Assembly: GCA_964016885.1 (NCBI GenBank)
Contig: OZ024740.1
Coordinates: forward strand, 47,554,001 to 47,618,000
DNA length: 64,000 bases
Reading direction: 5' to 3'
Origin: Eledone cirrhosa
Taxonomy: Eukaryota
Shown: positions 15,071 through 32,800 of the stretch, in pieces
Position numbering within the stretch: position 1 is the first letter of the stretch
How the letters are laid out: the number at the start of each line of letters is the position of its first letter
Position numbers and translations under genes: made by a program
Notes under the pieces: model-generated
The model's input: only the letters and a program-made list of their open reading frames with translations
Databases searched by the model: none
What the model was told of the DNA's origin: nothing

Positions 15071-15264
15071 TCAAATTTAAATTAAATTAATTTAAGGGTG
15101 TCATGTCAGAGAGACATGCGCCATATCCACTGTAGAATATGCTCCAAGATTCCAATGAATAGATCCGAGCATTTTATATCAACTAGAAATTGATTGACAT
15201 ATATATATATATGTATATAAAATAAACATATATATATATACTTTCCTTATGCATATTAAATGCT

Positions 15265-15790
15265 GAGCATGTATGTATGTATATACATACTACTGTACGT
15301 ATGTATACAAATATGTATGTACGTATACATACTTATATTTAAGTATCAGCCGTACTAAGAGTGAGAAATGAAATTTCATTTTTTCCATTTATCGTTTTCG
15401 GTACGCAAGGCCGAATAACTCACTCGATATGCAAATTAGGTTGCTCAGCCGTTAATATGCATAAGGAAAGTATATACTTTCAAACGTTCAATCAACTGAC
15501 AGCAAGGTATACGGTGCTGATGATAGCTAATAAGCTAGAAACTAGTTCATCATTCCTTTGTCAGTGTTGAACAAAAGGGCAACGATGGTTGCCGAACACT
15601 GTGCTGCTAATAATGTGGGCTGTTTGTTTACAAACTAACCGAGCATTATAATAAATGTTCGGTAAACCCATTACATATATATATATGTGTGCATGTATGT
15701 ATGTATATACATACTACTGTACGTCTGTATACATATATGTATGTACGTATACATACTTATATATATACAAATATACACATATATATATAG
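15265..15790 (+). repeat. Second, circularly permuted copy (~1.2 units) of the hammerhead repeat
   Basis: tactgtacgt recurs at 15291 and 15715 (unit 424 bp); same blocks as 4245-4690 but starting at a different point. Confidence 0.75.
15511..15553 (+). ncRNA. Minimal type-I hammerhead ribozyme
   Basis: acggtg-CTGATGA-tagct aata agcta-GAAA-ctag-TT-catcat. Confidence 0.75.
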
Positions 15791-17065
15791 ACCTCTGGTC
15801 TACCCTAGTGATAGTTAACTTTGACATCCAATCTGACATGCACTGACCCAGAGCTTACCAGGAATTATTATATATAGAAGTGATTCTATAATAACCCTGC
15901 CAGGTTCTACGAGTAGACTACAATTACAATGATCATTGATTTGGAGATCTGGCTCTTCGTGTGAAATATTCAATTGTGGCACTCTATAATGGAGGATAAT
16001 CACCCTAATATTAACACCTTTAATACTGCTTGATAGACTACATTATAGATAGGACACTTTAAATTTTTAGAAACTGTGTATAACCATATAGGATAGGGAC
16101 TCTTTTGAGACACCATTTAATGTATATTTAGTTATAGAAATCAGTCAGTTACCTCCCCTCACGCATTAACTCCCAGTTAGTTACACACACACTTCCGGGA
16201 AAAATACGATGTTGATTCTCGCAACTTAAACAACCTGCTATATTGGACTAAAGACCAACAAACTATGATACTCTAACAGAATCATCAAACGTCCAATATT
16301 GAATCGTCGTGGATTATGTGAGGGGCATATAATCTAGATATTACGCTCTCCGGACTGTGAAAACCATATCACCGCTTTGCTACACATTTCTAATATTTTT
16401 AATACTTATAATATTCCTCTACACACAAGCTTCTATAACATTCATATAAAAAATACATTACCAGTTCAACCCCCTTAATACTCTTGATTACCCGCTTAAA
16501 GTGCTTGTATTACATGTAACACCCTGCCGCACTATAGTATTATATAAATAAGACACACATGCTTGCCACACGTGTAACTATTGCACACACTAACTGCTTC
16601 TGACTATCCTATCGCATTAATTTCATGTTGTATTTTAACTTTAATTTTTAATTTTATCCTCTTTTGATATGAATGTAATCTTTAAATGTATACTGCCACG
16701 CTAGATGTTATAATGGATGTCGACCCACCAAGCAACAATGTTTGTATATGTATCTGTATGTCTCTTGGGTTGAAAAGGAGGTCATATATGTGATCATTCA
16801 TTAATAAATTGCTCCGAAGAATCCAAACCCCGGTTTGGAGGAAACAATTGTAAGCATATAAATGATTTGAACAGAACTTTGATTCTTATAACTTATATAT
16901 AACTGCTCTGTAAAACAACTGATGTTATTACATTGAGCTATTTAACTTACTGGTAATAAGATAGTAATATATTACTGCCTATCACTATTTAGGGTTTGTA
17001 AAAATATATATAACTACAAAAGGTTTTTGTATATGCATAACCATAAATAGTATCCTTAATACTAT
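15790..17065 (+). mobile_element. Old, degenerate Penelope-like 3' remnant with terminal hammerhead-like motif (16810-16856)
   Basis: Residual CYIG at ~16237; tgct-CCGAAGA-atccaaacc/ggtttgga-g-GAAA-caattg-TA-agca; ends in (TA)n. Confidence 0.5.
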
Positions 17066-17139
17066 ATATATATATATATATACATATATATATACATATA
17101 TATTTACATATATATATACATATATATATACATATACAT

Positions 17140-17234
<95 letters not shown>

Positions 17235-17238
<4 letters not shown>

Positions 17239-20200
17239 AAGGTCTGACGACATGGTGTGTTTGCTTACAGTGTACCTTCGGTTTATGATAATATTTTTAT
17301 ATTATTCAAATAGCGAGGTATAGGTAACCCATACACTATAGAAACAATTGTTACCTAATAAATTCTGTATACCCGCATTTCCATTTCATAAACTTCTTCT
17401 CCATATTTTCTCCGGATTTTAAAACACACTTTATTATACGTTGAGCAATCTCTGGCGTCGGTTGACTCCATCCAATGCAACTACTTAGTAACATTGGAAT
17501 ACAAATTTACTAATTCTTCACACTCCTTTACAGTCGAGCAACCTATCAACCTACGTCTCTGAAATGGAAAAACATCATTGTGGTATGTCCTTAAAAAACA
17601 TACCCATTCAGAGTAAAAAAGAATACATTCTTGGTATGATACAAAAGACCAACGAATTTATTCGGCGGATTAGATGGAGGGCCTTCCACTTCGATAGGAA
17701 AAGGATTACACAAACTTCCGACACCAACAACGATAAGTTTGGTTTCAAATCCTACAAAAACCCACCCTCTAACCCTCTTTTGGATTCTTTCGAACAGGAC
17801 TTAATGAAAATGATAACCGGAATCAAATTTACAAACGGAAGGAAAAACGAACTGCAACGAGATATTAAAACTCTACTCGACAACCTAAGGAATACCAAAG
17901 GAATTATCATAAAGGCAGACAAAACATCGAATCTATACACCCTGGATGTAGAAACATATAATAATTTTATACGTAAGGAATTACATAGGAAGTACAAAAA
18001 AACAAACGCAACTACACTAACCAACATTAATAACGCAGCATGTGATATTGTTAAGAAACTGAAAATTGACGACAGAACGGTACCCCTATCTCCAGCTACA
18101 CCAACTTTTAATCTGAAGGACCATAAGGATAACTTCGATACTAACCCGATATAGGTAGAATTAGTAAGTACATATTAGATCGTATTATCCCCCAAGTTAA
18201 GGCTAAGGTAGATATTAAATTATGGGGTAATACTCATCAGGCAATAAGATGGTTCAATAACATTAGGGACAAAAACAAATCTTCTTTTATTCAATTCGAT
18301 ATAGATGAATACTATTCCTCTATTTCACCCGAAACCCTGCATAAGGCCCTCTCTTTCGTTAAGACTAACTCGGACCTCACAACCGTGGAAATTAATATTA
18401 TACTTGAAGCTAGACGCACAGTAGTGCACTTTGAAAATAGTTATTGGGTCCGCAGAGATAGACCCTCGGAATTCGACATTACGATGGGTTCTAATGATTC
18501 GGCGGAGGTCACGGATCTGGTTGGGATCTATATAGCCCATAGACTCCAGAGCGAATTTACGGACCTCCACGGCGGAATATACCGCGACGATACACTTCTA
18601 TTAGTCAAGAATATAAACAAACAAAACCTAGAAAGGCGACGTAAAAACATTAGAAAACTTTTCTTAGAACTAGGGCTTAATATTACCTTCGAACACAATC
18701 TTAAGGTGGTCAACTTCTTGGATGTCACCTTCAACCTTAATAACGGTAATATAGAGCCATTTCACAAACTTAATGAAAATCTCAAGTACGTTAATGTAAA
18801 ATCGAACCAACCTCATTCCATTATTAAATCTATCCCTAAAAATATATCCATAAGGATCTCCCGACTGTCGTCTAATTTGCAGACTTTCAACGAGCATGCT
18901 GAATATTATAATGACGCACTTAGAAAAGCTGGTTACTGCGAGAAAATAGAATATCTAGACGATAACCACATAAGTACTATGAATAAAACACATCTAAGTC
19001 GAACTAGTACTGCACCACACACACACATCAATAGGCATACTAATAGGTGCAAACCAGCAAATAGAGTCAGACGTAGAGAGTACATATGGTATAACCCCGT
19101 GTACAATTCTTCTATTAGCACTAAGATTATCTCACAATTCTATACACTAATCAATAAACACTTTACAACTTCACATAAATACTATAAAATCTTTAACTCG
19201 CGCACCATTAGACTCTCATACTCCACTGCACCTAACATAGAACAACTAATTAAAAAACTCAACTCAGCAATACTGAATAAGTACATCCCTAATGACTCAG
19301 CGCACCAGCATAGCAACATACAACGCACTAACACGCAACTACAACCCCACCAAACTATCCAGGATTCTACTGCAAAACATAAAAATAATTGTAACTGCAC
19401 CAAACCAGGTACGTGCCGACTGAATAACCAGTGCCTAGCACGCAATATTGTCTACCGATGTACAATAAATTCCGGAACCAACAAATGGTATTACGTCGGA
19501 TGTACCGCAACTTCTTTCAAGGCTCGCCTATACCAACATCGATCTTCGATCAGGCACGAGAAAATGCGCTCCGTAACAACCCTCGCCGATAAAGCCTGGC
19601 AGCTCCGGAGGAACAATCAAGCATTCTCCCTTGATTGGCAAATTATTGCAGCTGCGCCTGCATATAAGCAAAATCATCGATTCTGCAAGTTATGCAATTT
19701 GGAGATATACTGCATTTTAACGTCGGTAAACAAACTTTTGAACAGCAAAATTGAACGTTCTCTATACTGTAACCATCGTTTGAAAACGACTTTTCCTTTT
19801 TTTAAATGCATATAATGTTACCTTTTTACACCACCGTTTGCAAATTTCTGTTTTATATGTTTATACACAAGATATGGCTTTCTATAATAATAGTACTAAA
19901 CACTGTTTTCTGGACCCCTTTAGAAATAACCTGCTACTATAATAGCCCCAATAACTTGTCTGTGACACTGTACCACTTTGACCCCTTTAACTAAATTTTG
20001 TCCGAACAACACCACTAGAAGAATTTACTTCCCCCGCCAACCCTAACACGCCTCATTAAGCTAACTGCTGCCAAAACATTCTCTCCTTACAATCTCTACT
20101 AGTCTGACAGCCTTAAATCCCAAGACTCCCTCCACCTTACTCACTTCCCTCTTCCCCTTCTCTTCCTACCTCCTTCTTTATCTTTTATCTAGTGTGTAAA

Positions 20201-20387
20201 ATATTTTCATATCATTCCAATACAAAGGTCTGACGACATGGTGTGTTTGCTTACAGTGTACCTTCGGTTTATGATAATATTTTTATATTATTCAAATAGC
20301 GAGGTATAGGTAACCCATACACTATAGAAACAATTGTTACCTAATAAATTCTGTATACCCGCATTTCCATTTCATAAACTTCTTCTC
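17235..20387 (+). mobile_element. Near full-length Penelope-like element with 167-bp direct pseudo-LTRs, inserted in (TA)n; Cys-rich GIY-YIG (Naiad/Nematis-like, clade uncertain)
   Basis: Apparently identical repeats 17235-17401 and 20221-20387. ORFs 17564-18154 and 18385-19815 with KADK, YRDD, NFLDVT, CNC..C..CL..NIVY..YYVG.T..FKAR..H, CKLC. Confidence 0.92.
17240..17356 (+). ncRNA. Type-I hammerhead ribozyme in 5' pLTR (second copy 20226-20342)
   Basis: aggt-CTGACGA-[90-nt structured stem II]-GAAA-caattg-TT-acct. Confidence 0.7.
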
Positions 20388-20391
20388 TCTC

Positions 20392-20423
<32 letters not shown>

Positions 20424-20499
20424 GGAGGTGAGTTTTATTGTAGCACAATAAAGCAATGCAAATATCGGATAAGTAGCACTCTACAGTTTGTAGGACTGG

Positions 20500-20900
20500 A
20501 GTATAAATAATATAAGATCAAAAGATGGTTAAAAGAGTTCCAAGTATTTTATTATGCGCATTTCAAAAACAAATATCATCATGAGATTATATCTGCGTTT
20601 TCATCAGATAAAATAGGGATACATGATATGAAGGTTAAAAAACACTTGTGAATAGTGAAGTTTTAAATCAACATATATGCAGAGTATAAAAGTTTTAATA
20701 TGTATATATAAGTTTTAAATCAACATATATGTTGATTTAAAACTTCAATGTTCACAAGTGTTTTTTAACCTTCATATCATGTATCCCTATTTTATTTGAT
20801 GAAAACGCAGATATCATCTCATGATGATATTTGTTTTTGAAATGCTCATAATAAAATACTTGGAATTCTTTTAACGTATTTTGATCTTATATTATATATA
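20500..20900. mobile_element. Fold-back pLTR fragment carrying a hammerhead on the minus strand (20545-20615)
   Basis: Arms ~20510-20680 and 20725-20895 are reverse complements. Minus: tattttat-CTGATGA-aaacgcagatat..atatttgttttt-GAAA-tgcgca-TA-ataaaata. Confidence 0.75.
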
Positions 20901-21059
20901 TATATATATTATATATATATTATATATATATTATATATATATATAGATATATATATATACATATACATATACATAAATATATATATATATATATACAAAT
21001 ACGTTATTCCGGGTTGAATAACCACAGTAAGGTACTCAATACATAGCAGAGTATAAAAG

Positions 21060-23011
<1,952 letters not shown>

Positions 23012-23139
23012 AAATTAAGATAAATTAAATGAATTTAATCTAAATCAAAATTATGGGTGTCATGCCAGAAAGACATGCGCCATATCACCCGGAAAATAAG
23101 CTCCAAGATTCTAACGAGTAGGTCCGAACATTTTATAAT

Positions 23140-23476
23140 AACTAGAAATTGATTAACATATATATAAACATGAATAATCACAGGAGATAATTTTTACAAG
23201 TGTGTAACCACACATAGCTAGGTAGGTAACTGAATAAAGTTGACTAGAACTTCAAAATAGATATCTTATAATATGATTAATCTTCCCTGTATATATTCTA
23301 TTAAAGAATATTCTTTAATAGAATATATACAGGGAAGATTAATCATATTATAAGGTATGTATTTTTGAAGTTCTAGTCAACTTTATTTAGTTACCTACCT
23401 AGCTATGTAAAAATTATCTTGTAAAAATGATCTCCTGTGATTATTCATGTTTATATATATGTTAATCAATTTCTAG

Positions 23477-23529
<53 letters not shown>

Positions 23530-23881
23530 GTGAGGTTTTTTTTACAAAATGAAAAATAACCGAGGTGTCCTACACGAGTGGAAGTATAAAGAAAAAGGGA
23601 TGAAATCGAAAATGCAACTGAAGTCTTATTTTTTTTTAAAATATATATATATTTATTTGGTTCCTTTACCGGTTTCGCAGTTCTTCTGCTTTTCAAAAGG
23701 TGAGTTGAGATGGAGGGTCTGTGGTTTTTCTCACAGATGTGAGAAAAACCACAGACCCTCCATCTCAACTCACCTTTTGAAAAGCAGAAGAACTGCGAAA
23801 CCGGTAAAGGAACCAAATAAATATATATATATTTTTTTAAAAAATAAGACTTCAGTTGCATTTTCGATTTCATCCCTTTTT

Positions 23882-23890
<9 letters not shown>
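23140..23890. repeat. Two adjacent fold-back (palindromic) elements, ~23140-23480 and ~23585-23890
   Basis: Centres ...attaaagaat|attctttaat... (~23309) and ...tttttctcaca|gatgtgagaaaaa... (~23736); the mirrored ORFs 23523- and 23549+ reflect this. Confidence 0.8.
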
Positions 23891-23949
<59 letters not shown>

Positions 23950-23965
23950 GTGTGTGTGTGTGTAC

Positions 23966-24046
<81 letters not shown>

Positions 24047-24589
24047 GAGAAGAATGAATACTGCGTGGTTGCACATGGGTTACATATGATAAAAATAGTC
24101 ATCCATCAGTGATTTTCCAACCTTCATTGGTATTTCATCGCTTTAAAAATCATATACCTCCAGTTGGTGCGAGCAATAGCTAAATAAAGCTATTGGGACA
24201 AGTACATCGCGTAAAGCGAGCGAGACAGTAAACAAACATAGAAGGATAGCAACGCAAAGATAGGAAAAAACAAGCACATGGGAGTCCGATCAGCTTAAGC
24301 TGTGTGGAATTCATGGCAGCAGACCGTCTGACGCGAGTGAGGTGTGAGCAAGAAAGGACCCCACTTCAGGCCAAACGGAAGGAAATAAGAAGGGGAGAAG
24401 CAGAGAGTGAGTGAGTGGAAGTGCGAGGAAGAGGCCAGTCGAGAGAAAGTGTAACTGACAGAGGGGCGAAAGAAGGTGAGAGAAAAAGAGAGAGGGGGAA
24501 AGAAGTAAGAGAGAAACAGACAAACGCAGCTGGGGAAAATATATATAAAAAACATGAGAAGAATAAATACTGCGTGGTTGCATATGGGT

Positions 24590-24659
<70 letters not shown>

Positions 24660-24661
<2 letters not shown>

Positions 24662-25091
24662 AAGTTTTATTTAAATTGTTGGGTTACAACGAGTAAATAT
24701 TTATAACTGATATAAAAGCACTCAACAAGTATTTGGAGTATATTTACGATATTAAATAAATGGAAACTATATTTATAAAACCATATTTATTTCATTATAT
24801 ATATTTCAGGGATATCATATTAAAAATATGGTATGCCTTCATCAGACAAAATACAATATAAACAGTCTTATAAATATATAGATTTGACATACCTTACAAC
24901 ATCAACTTCCATTTAAAAAGTTGATTTGGTAGTGAAAAATGTTAGGGACAGTTATAAAAAGAAAGAAAGAAAGAAAGCGAGGAAAAAGAAGAATGCAACG
25001 AAAAACAGAGAGAGATAGATATAGAGAGATAGATAGAGAGAAGAAATTCATGTAAAGAAAAAACAGAGAGAGATAGATAGAGAGAGAAAAA

Positions 25092-25176
<85 letters not shown>

Positions 25177-26960
25177 GAGAGAGATAGATATAGATAGAGG
25201 TAGAGAAAACGGATTTAAATTCTTTTAACTATGTTGGTTCCACCTCGACAGAATTTAAACTTCGCTATAATAACCACAAGAATTCTTTCACAGATCCAAG
25301 CAAAAAATCTTCAACATCACTATCAGGCTTACTCTGGCAACTTAAGCATGATAACGTTGGATATTCGACGGCTTGGAATATAGTCTCAAGAGGGATTCCT
25401 TTTAATTCATCTTCTGAGACATGTGACCTCTGCGCGGAGGAGATATTCTTTATACTAAAATCTAAAAATTCCCTTAATTTACGGACAAATTTATTCAGTT
25501 GCTGCAGACATAGATTGAACTCAACTTTTAAATATAAATATAAATTTAAAATGTAGTATATTTACTTATGATTTGTAATTATTTATGAAACTCGCCGATA
25601 AATCTTTCGATTTCTTTTTTTTAAACATTCTTCATGAATAATTAAACTACCCTAAAAGCTGATGCTCCAAATATATCGAATAAATTTTACACTAGATAAT
25701 CTTCTATAATAAATATAAGACCATCTGTAGATCAAATGGGTATCCTAAACTTTTTGGAATGATTTCTGCTAGACAGGATTTGGTAAATAATTTTGGTTTT
25801 GTTTGCTTTTGATTCTGATGCTTATAATGAACTTGGCAATATATTGTCAATTAATTTTGAAGGGTTGATTTCTGTGGTTGATTTGCGGGGCATACTGTGT
25901 TTTATTTTTAATATTTTTTAATTTTTTTAATATTTGTATTGATATATTGATATCTGTTGTCTATTTATGCTTGAACGATAATCATGTAGAGTAAAGACAA
26001 GAATAGTATTGTTAAAATTAATGTAGATTCTATATATATTTGTGTGTATGTACACATATATGTATACTAGAATTTTTATAGCACAATGAGAATGTTTTCA
26101 TGTGAAATAGGAATTTGCAGAGTTGATCACGTAAATTCACATGGATGTCTATAGTATCGAATCTGGGATAACCTTCTATTTTCTTTTTCTTTTTTCATGA
26201 AAGTGCATATATACTTATGTATTTCAATTTTTTTTGAAGTTTTTTATCTCAGTTTTTTTATCTCAGTTTTTTTATCTCAGCTCTGATTATAAACCTAGGA
26301 ATTTTAAACTAGACATATGATCATTATTTTTCACACATTATTGATACGTGTCTCATTCATGAATACTGATATTTACATTATAATACCTAATTCATACGAA
26401 TTGATATTTTTAGATTGATGAAACATAATGTTTTAAATCTGCCTCGTTTATCTCTGGATATTTTTCTTTTCTCTCTATGTAACGGCTGTTTTCTCTCCTA
26501 ACCACATATATCTCTCTCTACCTTAATACTAGAACTAAATAAATAAATAAATAAATATATCATTGATACGTCATTCAACTGGTGCCCAACTACCTATTTT
26601 CTTTCTCTCTATCTCTATCTATATCTATCTCTCTCTATTTTTTCTCTCTCTCTCTTCTCTCTCTCTCTCTCTCTCTCTATCTCTATCTATCTATCTATCT
26701 ATCTCCCTCTGTCTTTTTTTCTCTCTCTATCTATCTCTCTCTGTTTTTTCTTTACATGAATTTCTTCTCTCTATCTATCTCTCTATATCTATCTCTCTCT
26801 GTTTTTCGTTGCATGCATTTCTTCTTTTTCCTCGCTTTCTTTCTTTCTTTCTTTTTATAACTGTCCCTAACATTTTTCACTACCAAATCAACTTTTTAAA
26901 TGGAAGTTGATGTTGTAAGGTATGTCAAATCTATCTATTTATAAGACTGTTTATATATAT
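24660..26960 (+). mobile_element. 5'-truncated Penelope-like element (GIY-YIG C-terminus at ~25225-25545) preceded by an inverted pLTR copy
   Basis: Plus frame NYVGSTSTEFKLRYNNHKNSF...LWQLK...CDLCAEE...CCRHRL. 24855-25200 reverse-complements 26600-26955. Hammerhead on minus at 24788-24853 (tattttgt-CTGATGA-agg..cct-GAAA-tatata-TA-atgaaata). Confidence 0.8.
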
Positions 26961-27029
26961 ATATATATATATTTGTATGTGTGTGTGTGGGGGTCGGTGC
27001 GTGTGTGTGTGTGGGTGTTTGTGAATGTG

Positions 27030-28524
27030 TCTGGAAGCGGTCTGATAAACCTCAGGACCGACTTCTTCGGGACATGCAGACACCTTAGAGCCGGGACCTT
27101 CCTCAAGATATATGGACAGTAGCAACACAAGAAGATGTGAACTCCCCTCAAGCTATAGGGACTTCTACAGAACATGTAAACACCTCTCAGCCAGACCTCC
27201 CTCAAGCTATATGGGCAGTAACAACACCCTAGGTTGTGAACTCCCCGAGCAGACACCATGATAGCCTAGAGATTGAATCGGACACAGCCATTATAATTTG
27301 GCCAACATCTATATAACACAAACACATTTTAATTTACTTGATTTCTGATTTTCAAGTCCCAATTTTAAATCTTGATTTCTCTTTATTAATTTGTTACTTG
27401 TTTTCTGCCCTCTTCACTGTATCACCTTATATTTATTTTTAAGCTGAGATTGATTATTACACAAACACATTTTGTTTGATTATCTTATTTTAACATCTTG
27501 TTCCTCATACCATATTTCTGACCTTGAGATTGGTTATAGCACACACACACTTTATCCTACTTTATTTGAATCTTCATTTTATTTTTCACTTCTCCATATT
27601 CATTTTCATTACTTTTTCACCAATTTTTCATTTATTCTTTATTCTTTATTCTCTATTTATTATTTATTTTCAAATTATACAAATTATATTATTTATTTTC
27701 TGTTATCTTCATTTATCGCCTTATATTTCTTCATATACATGGAAGACCCCCACCACCACCACCACCACCACCACCACCACCACCACCACCACTATGAGAG
27801 ATGGTGGCAGGAGGGATGAAGAAAAAACACACACAGATACTAAATTGTCAGCAGAAGCAAGACATAAGCTGACCACAACACCAACAACACTACCAAAATA
27901 ATGGTAGAGGTCAAATGCACTTAACAATAACAAACACAAACACTACAGGAAGCCTCACCCCAGAAAGAATTCTATAGACTTCTGACTGAGGAATGCTCTC
28001 AGAACTGAACAATGGGAAGTTTGACACTTTTTTTGTTATTTTGTTCCTTTAACACCTTGTCCCTTCTACCACTTTATCAATTTTTTAAGCTAACTCCAAC
28101 AATAACAACACTTAGAATGAGGAATGTTCCAACAACTGACCAATGAGAGGAGAAGAGGCCCTTTGACACTGGAATTCGTTTGTTTGAATTCATATGATTC
28201 CAGTTCCTCAGTGAAATAACAACCCAACCAGGAGCTGGGCATATGAGAGTATTGACAATATTATACACCTCAACAACATATGTACTTGTCTATACCACAC
28301 TAATTCGGACTGCCTGAAGAGGTCACAGCCAAAGATGGCTGTCACTTGTCACTAAAATATATATATAGCAGTAATAAACGAAGCTAAATTTTAAACATTT
28401 GACTTTTTATTTAACTTTAATTTACATTACTCCGGAGTAACCAAACCAACCTGCGCACTTCGTCGAGTGCTCCAGCCTGCATACTGGGGTGTTGGTATAC
28501 AACCAACATATACTCAAAATCTCT

Positions 28525-28525
<1 letters not shown>
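27030..28525 (+). repeat. Non-coding interspersed element with internal imperfect subrepeats, (CAC)n and a degenerate hammerhead (28309-28372)
   Basis: ctcaag(c/a)tata subrepeats at 27100-27210; actgc-CTGAAGA...AAAA-tatatata-TA-gcagt; terminus shared with 2800-2950. Confidence 0.5.
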
Positions 28526-29880
<1,355 letters not shown>

Positions 29881-29885
<5 letters not shown>

Positions 29886-32800
29886 GGGTATGACATTAAA
29901 CTACATCCAGTGGCAAGGCTCCAGTTCGGGAGTTCAGGAGTTGTGGGGAATGTGGAGTTACCCCTTAGTTGTCATGACTCCCAGGTCTGCCCTGGCCCGG
30001 GGTAGTAGTACCTGTTAGGGCTCCATTTATGGGTTAAATAGCTACCTTATTCAAGTTGCGCCGGTAAGGTATTGTTAGCCATTGAAAAGAAATATGGAGA
30101 GTCGATCTAACAGCACTAGGGTTAGAGCCCCTAATTACACTGTCAAGGAGCAGCCTGGTCGTTATGACTCTGCTGGCTTAGAGCCACAGAGAGGGCCAGT
30201 GGATGATGAATCAGCTGTCTCTGAGACAAATATAAAGAATGCAGTTTTGTCCTGTAGAAGAGCCATCAAAATGGGCACTTTGAATGTGAGGACTATTCGG
30301 ACGCTGGAGAAGAGAGAGGAGTTGGGACATCTGTTCGAGGAGAGTGGTATACAGATACTTGCGATCCAAGAACACAGGATCCTACACGATGAGCCCGTGA
30401 GGAGTGTGATGATCGGGAAGAGGAGCCAGCTCATCACTACATCGGCAGGGAAGAACACAACAAATGCTGCAATAGGAGGAGTGGGTTTTGTGTTCAGTGC
30501 AAAAACCAATCTATTGGTGAGGGAAATAATGCCTGTCTCCCCGCGAGTGTTGAGGGTGACCTTCAATGGAAACCCAAGACTGACAGTCATCTCACCCTAT
30601 AGTCCAACCGAGGGGGACAGTGATGTAAGTGCGGAAGAGTTCCATGAAGAGGTGTGTAGAGCTGTCAAAACCACTCAAGCACACAATATCCTGCTTGTTT
30701 TGAGGGACTTCAATGCACATCTGAGTAAGGAGGGCAGTGAAGATCCTTGCTTGTACTTCCATAACAACACCAACCGAAATGGAAGACTACTGAGAGATAC
30801 CCTGCTGGAGGCGAACTTGATAGCGACCAACCTAAGGTTTAGGAAGAATCTGGGGAAGATGTGGACCTACATCTCAGATATGCACCTGTCCAAGTCCCAG
30901 ATTGATTTCATTCTGGTGAGGAAAAAGTGGCGGAATAGTGTTCTGAACACAGAACCATACAACTATTTCAGTACACTGGGTAATGACCACTGGCTTGTTA
31001 TGAGTGAGGTCCGGGTGAGCTTAAGAAAGAGCAAGGCTCGGCCCCGGAGAGTAATCGTTGACTGGGGAGCTTTCAAGGAAGATGATAAGCTACAGGAGAG
31101 GTTCACAGTGGAAGTGAGAAACAGGTTTAGTGCTCTGTGTGGAGAGTCAGAGGAGAGAGAGATTGGATGGACTGAGGAGAGTGTGACGAGGAGGTACGGG
31201 CACTTCACCAATGCAGTAGCGGAAGCAAGTGAAACCCCGGTGTCGAGGAAAAAGAACAAAAGGAAGCACGTCAGCTCTGCAAACCCAAAAGTGTGTGCAG
31301 CCAGAGAAAACCTGAAAGCTGCCAAGGATCAATTCTATGCTGATCCTACGGAGGAGAGGATGGAGACTGTGGAGGTGATGAGGGAAGAACTCTGTACCGC
31401 TTACACTGAGGTCAGAGTCGAGGCACTGATAGAGAAGATCAGAAGTGTGGAGAGAGCGGTTGACAGATCTGGATGTAAGGAGAGCTGGATGATCATCAAT
31501 GAGATCACAGGGAGGAAGAGGTGTTCGAGTCAGATACAGGGAACGGGGCCCGAGGATAGGAAGAGGAAATGGCTAGACCATTTTAGGACCCTACTAGGAG
31601 AGCCACCATCCACAGCCCAGAGCACTGGGGAGATCAGGCGGCTGTTTGAGGAACTGGATGTTGAGACAGAGCCCTTCACCAGAGAGGAGCTTCAGAGAGC
31701 CAAGAAGAGGATCAAGGAGGGCAATGCTCATGGAGAAGATGGAGTGGCATCAGAGGTGATGAAGAGGTGTGATTTTGATGATATCATCCTGGGGTTCTGT
31801 AACCGGGCACTGGAGAAAGGAGTTGCCCCGAATCAGTGGAGGATCAGTAACATCGTCCCAGTGCCAAAGAAGGGAGATTTCTCTAACACCAACATCTACA
31901 GGGGGATCTTACTGACGTCACTTGTGGCAAAGACCCTCAACAGGATGATTCTTAACAAGATCCAGCCTGAGATGGAGAAGAAGCTCAGGGACAACCAGAA
32001 CGGCTTCAGAGAGGGAAGATCAACCACCAGTCACATCCTGATGCTGAGGAGGATATTAGAGGGAGCTAAAGCAAAGTGCCTTCCTGCGGTCATGGTTTTC
32101 ATTGACTTTGGGAAGGCCTTTGATACTGTGGACCGTTACTGCCTGATGAAGATCTTACAGGCTTATGGAATCCCCAAGAAGATAGTGGACCTGATATCAC
32201 TGCTCTACTCCAACACCAAAGCCCAAGTCATTACACCTGATGGGATGACAGAGTTCTTTGAGATACTGGCTGGAGTGCTCCAGGGAGATACATTGGCTCC
32301 CTAACTTTTTATCATCGTAGTGGACTATTGTATGCGCCTTGCACTGGAGAAACACCAGGACTCTGGCTTTACTGTAGCACCGGCTCAGAGCAGGAGAGTT
32401 AGGGCGAAAAAGGTATCGGATGCTGAATTTGCCGACGACATAGTCTTGGTGACAAATACAGTGAAGGAGGCAGAGGATTTGATGCGGGAGGTTGAGACTG
32501 TGTCGATGAGTGTGGGGCTGAGAATGAATGAGACTAAAACAAAATATCTGGTAGAGAATGTTGAGAAGCCAGAGGAGATCACTAATGTAGGCGGGAAGCC
32601 GCTAGAATTGGTTGAGGGCTTCCTGTATTTGGGAGCAAATATTGGGAATACGGAAGATGATGTGGTTGAGAGGAAGAGCAAAGCCTGGGCGGCGTGCCAC
32701 AGCTTGAGATCGGTGTGGAAGTTGGACCTTCGAAAAGACCTGAAAATCCGCCTCTTCATTGCTATAGTGGAGTCTGTGCTGATGTATGGGTCTGAAACTA

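Noticed and set aside
27050-27260. Spaced imperfect repeats that look superficially CRISPR-like
   Set aside because: Eukaryotic context, degenerate repeats, related spacers and no cas genes; internal subrepeats of an interspersed element.
27472-27901. Poly-His / poly-Thr ORFs
   Set aside because: Derived from a (CAC)n microsatellite within a repeat.
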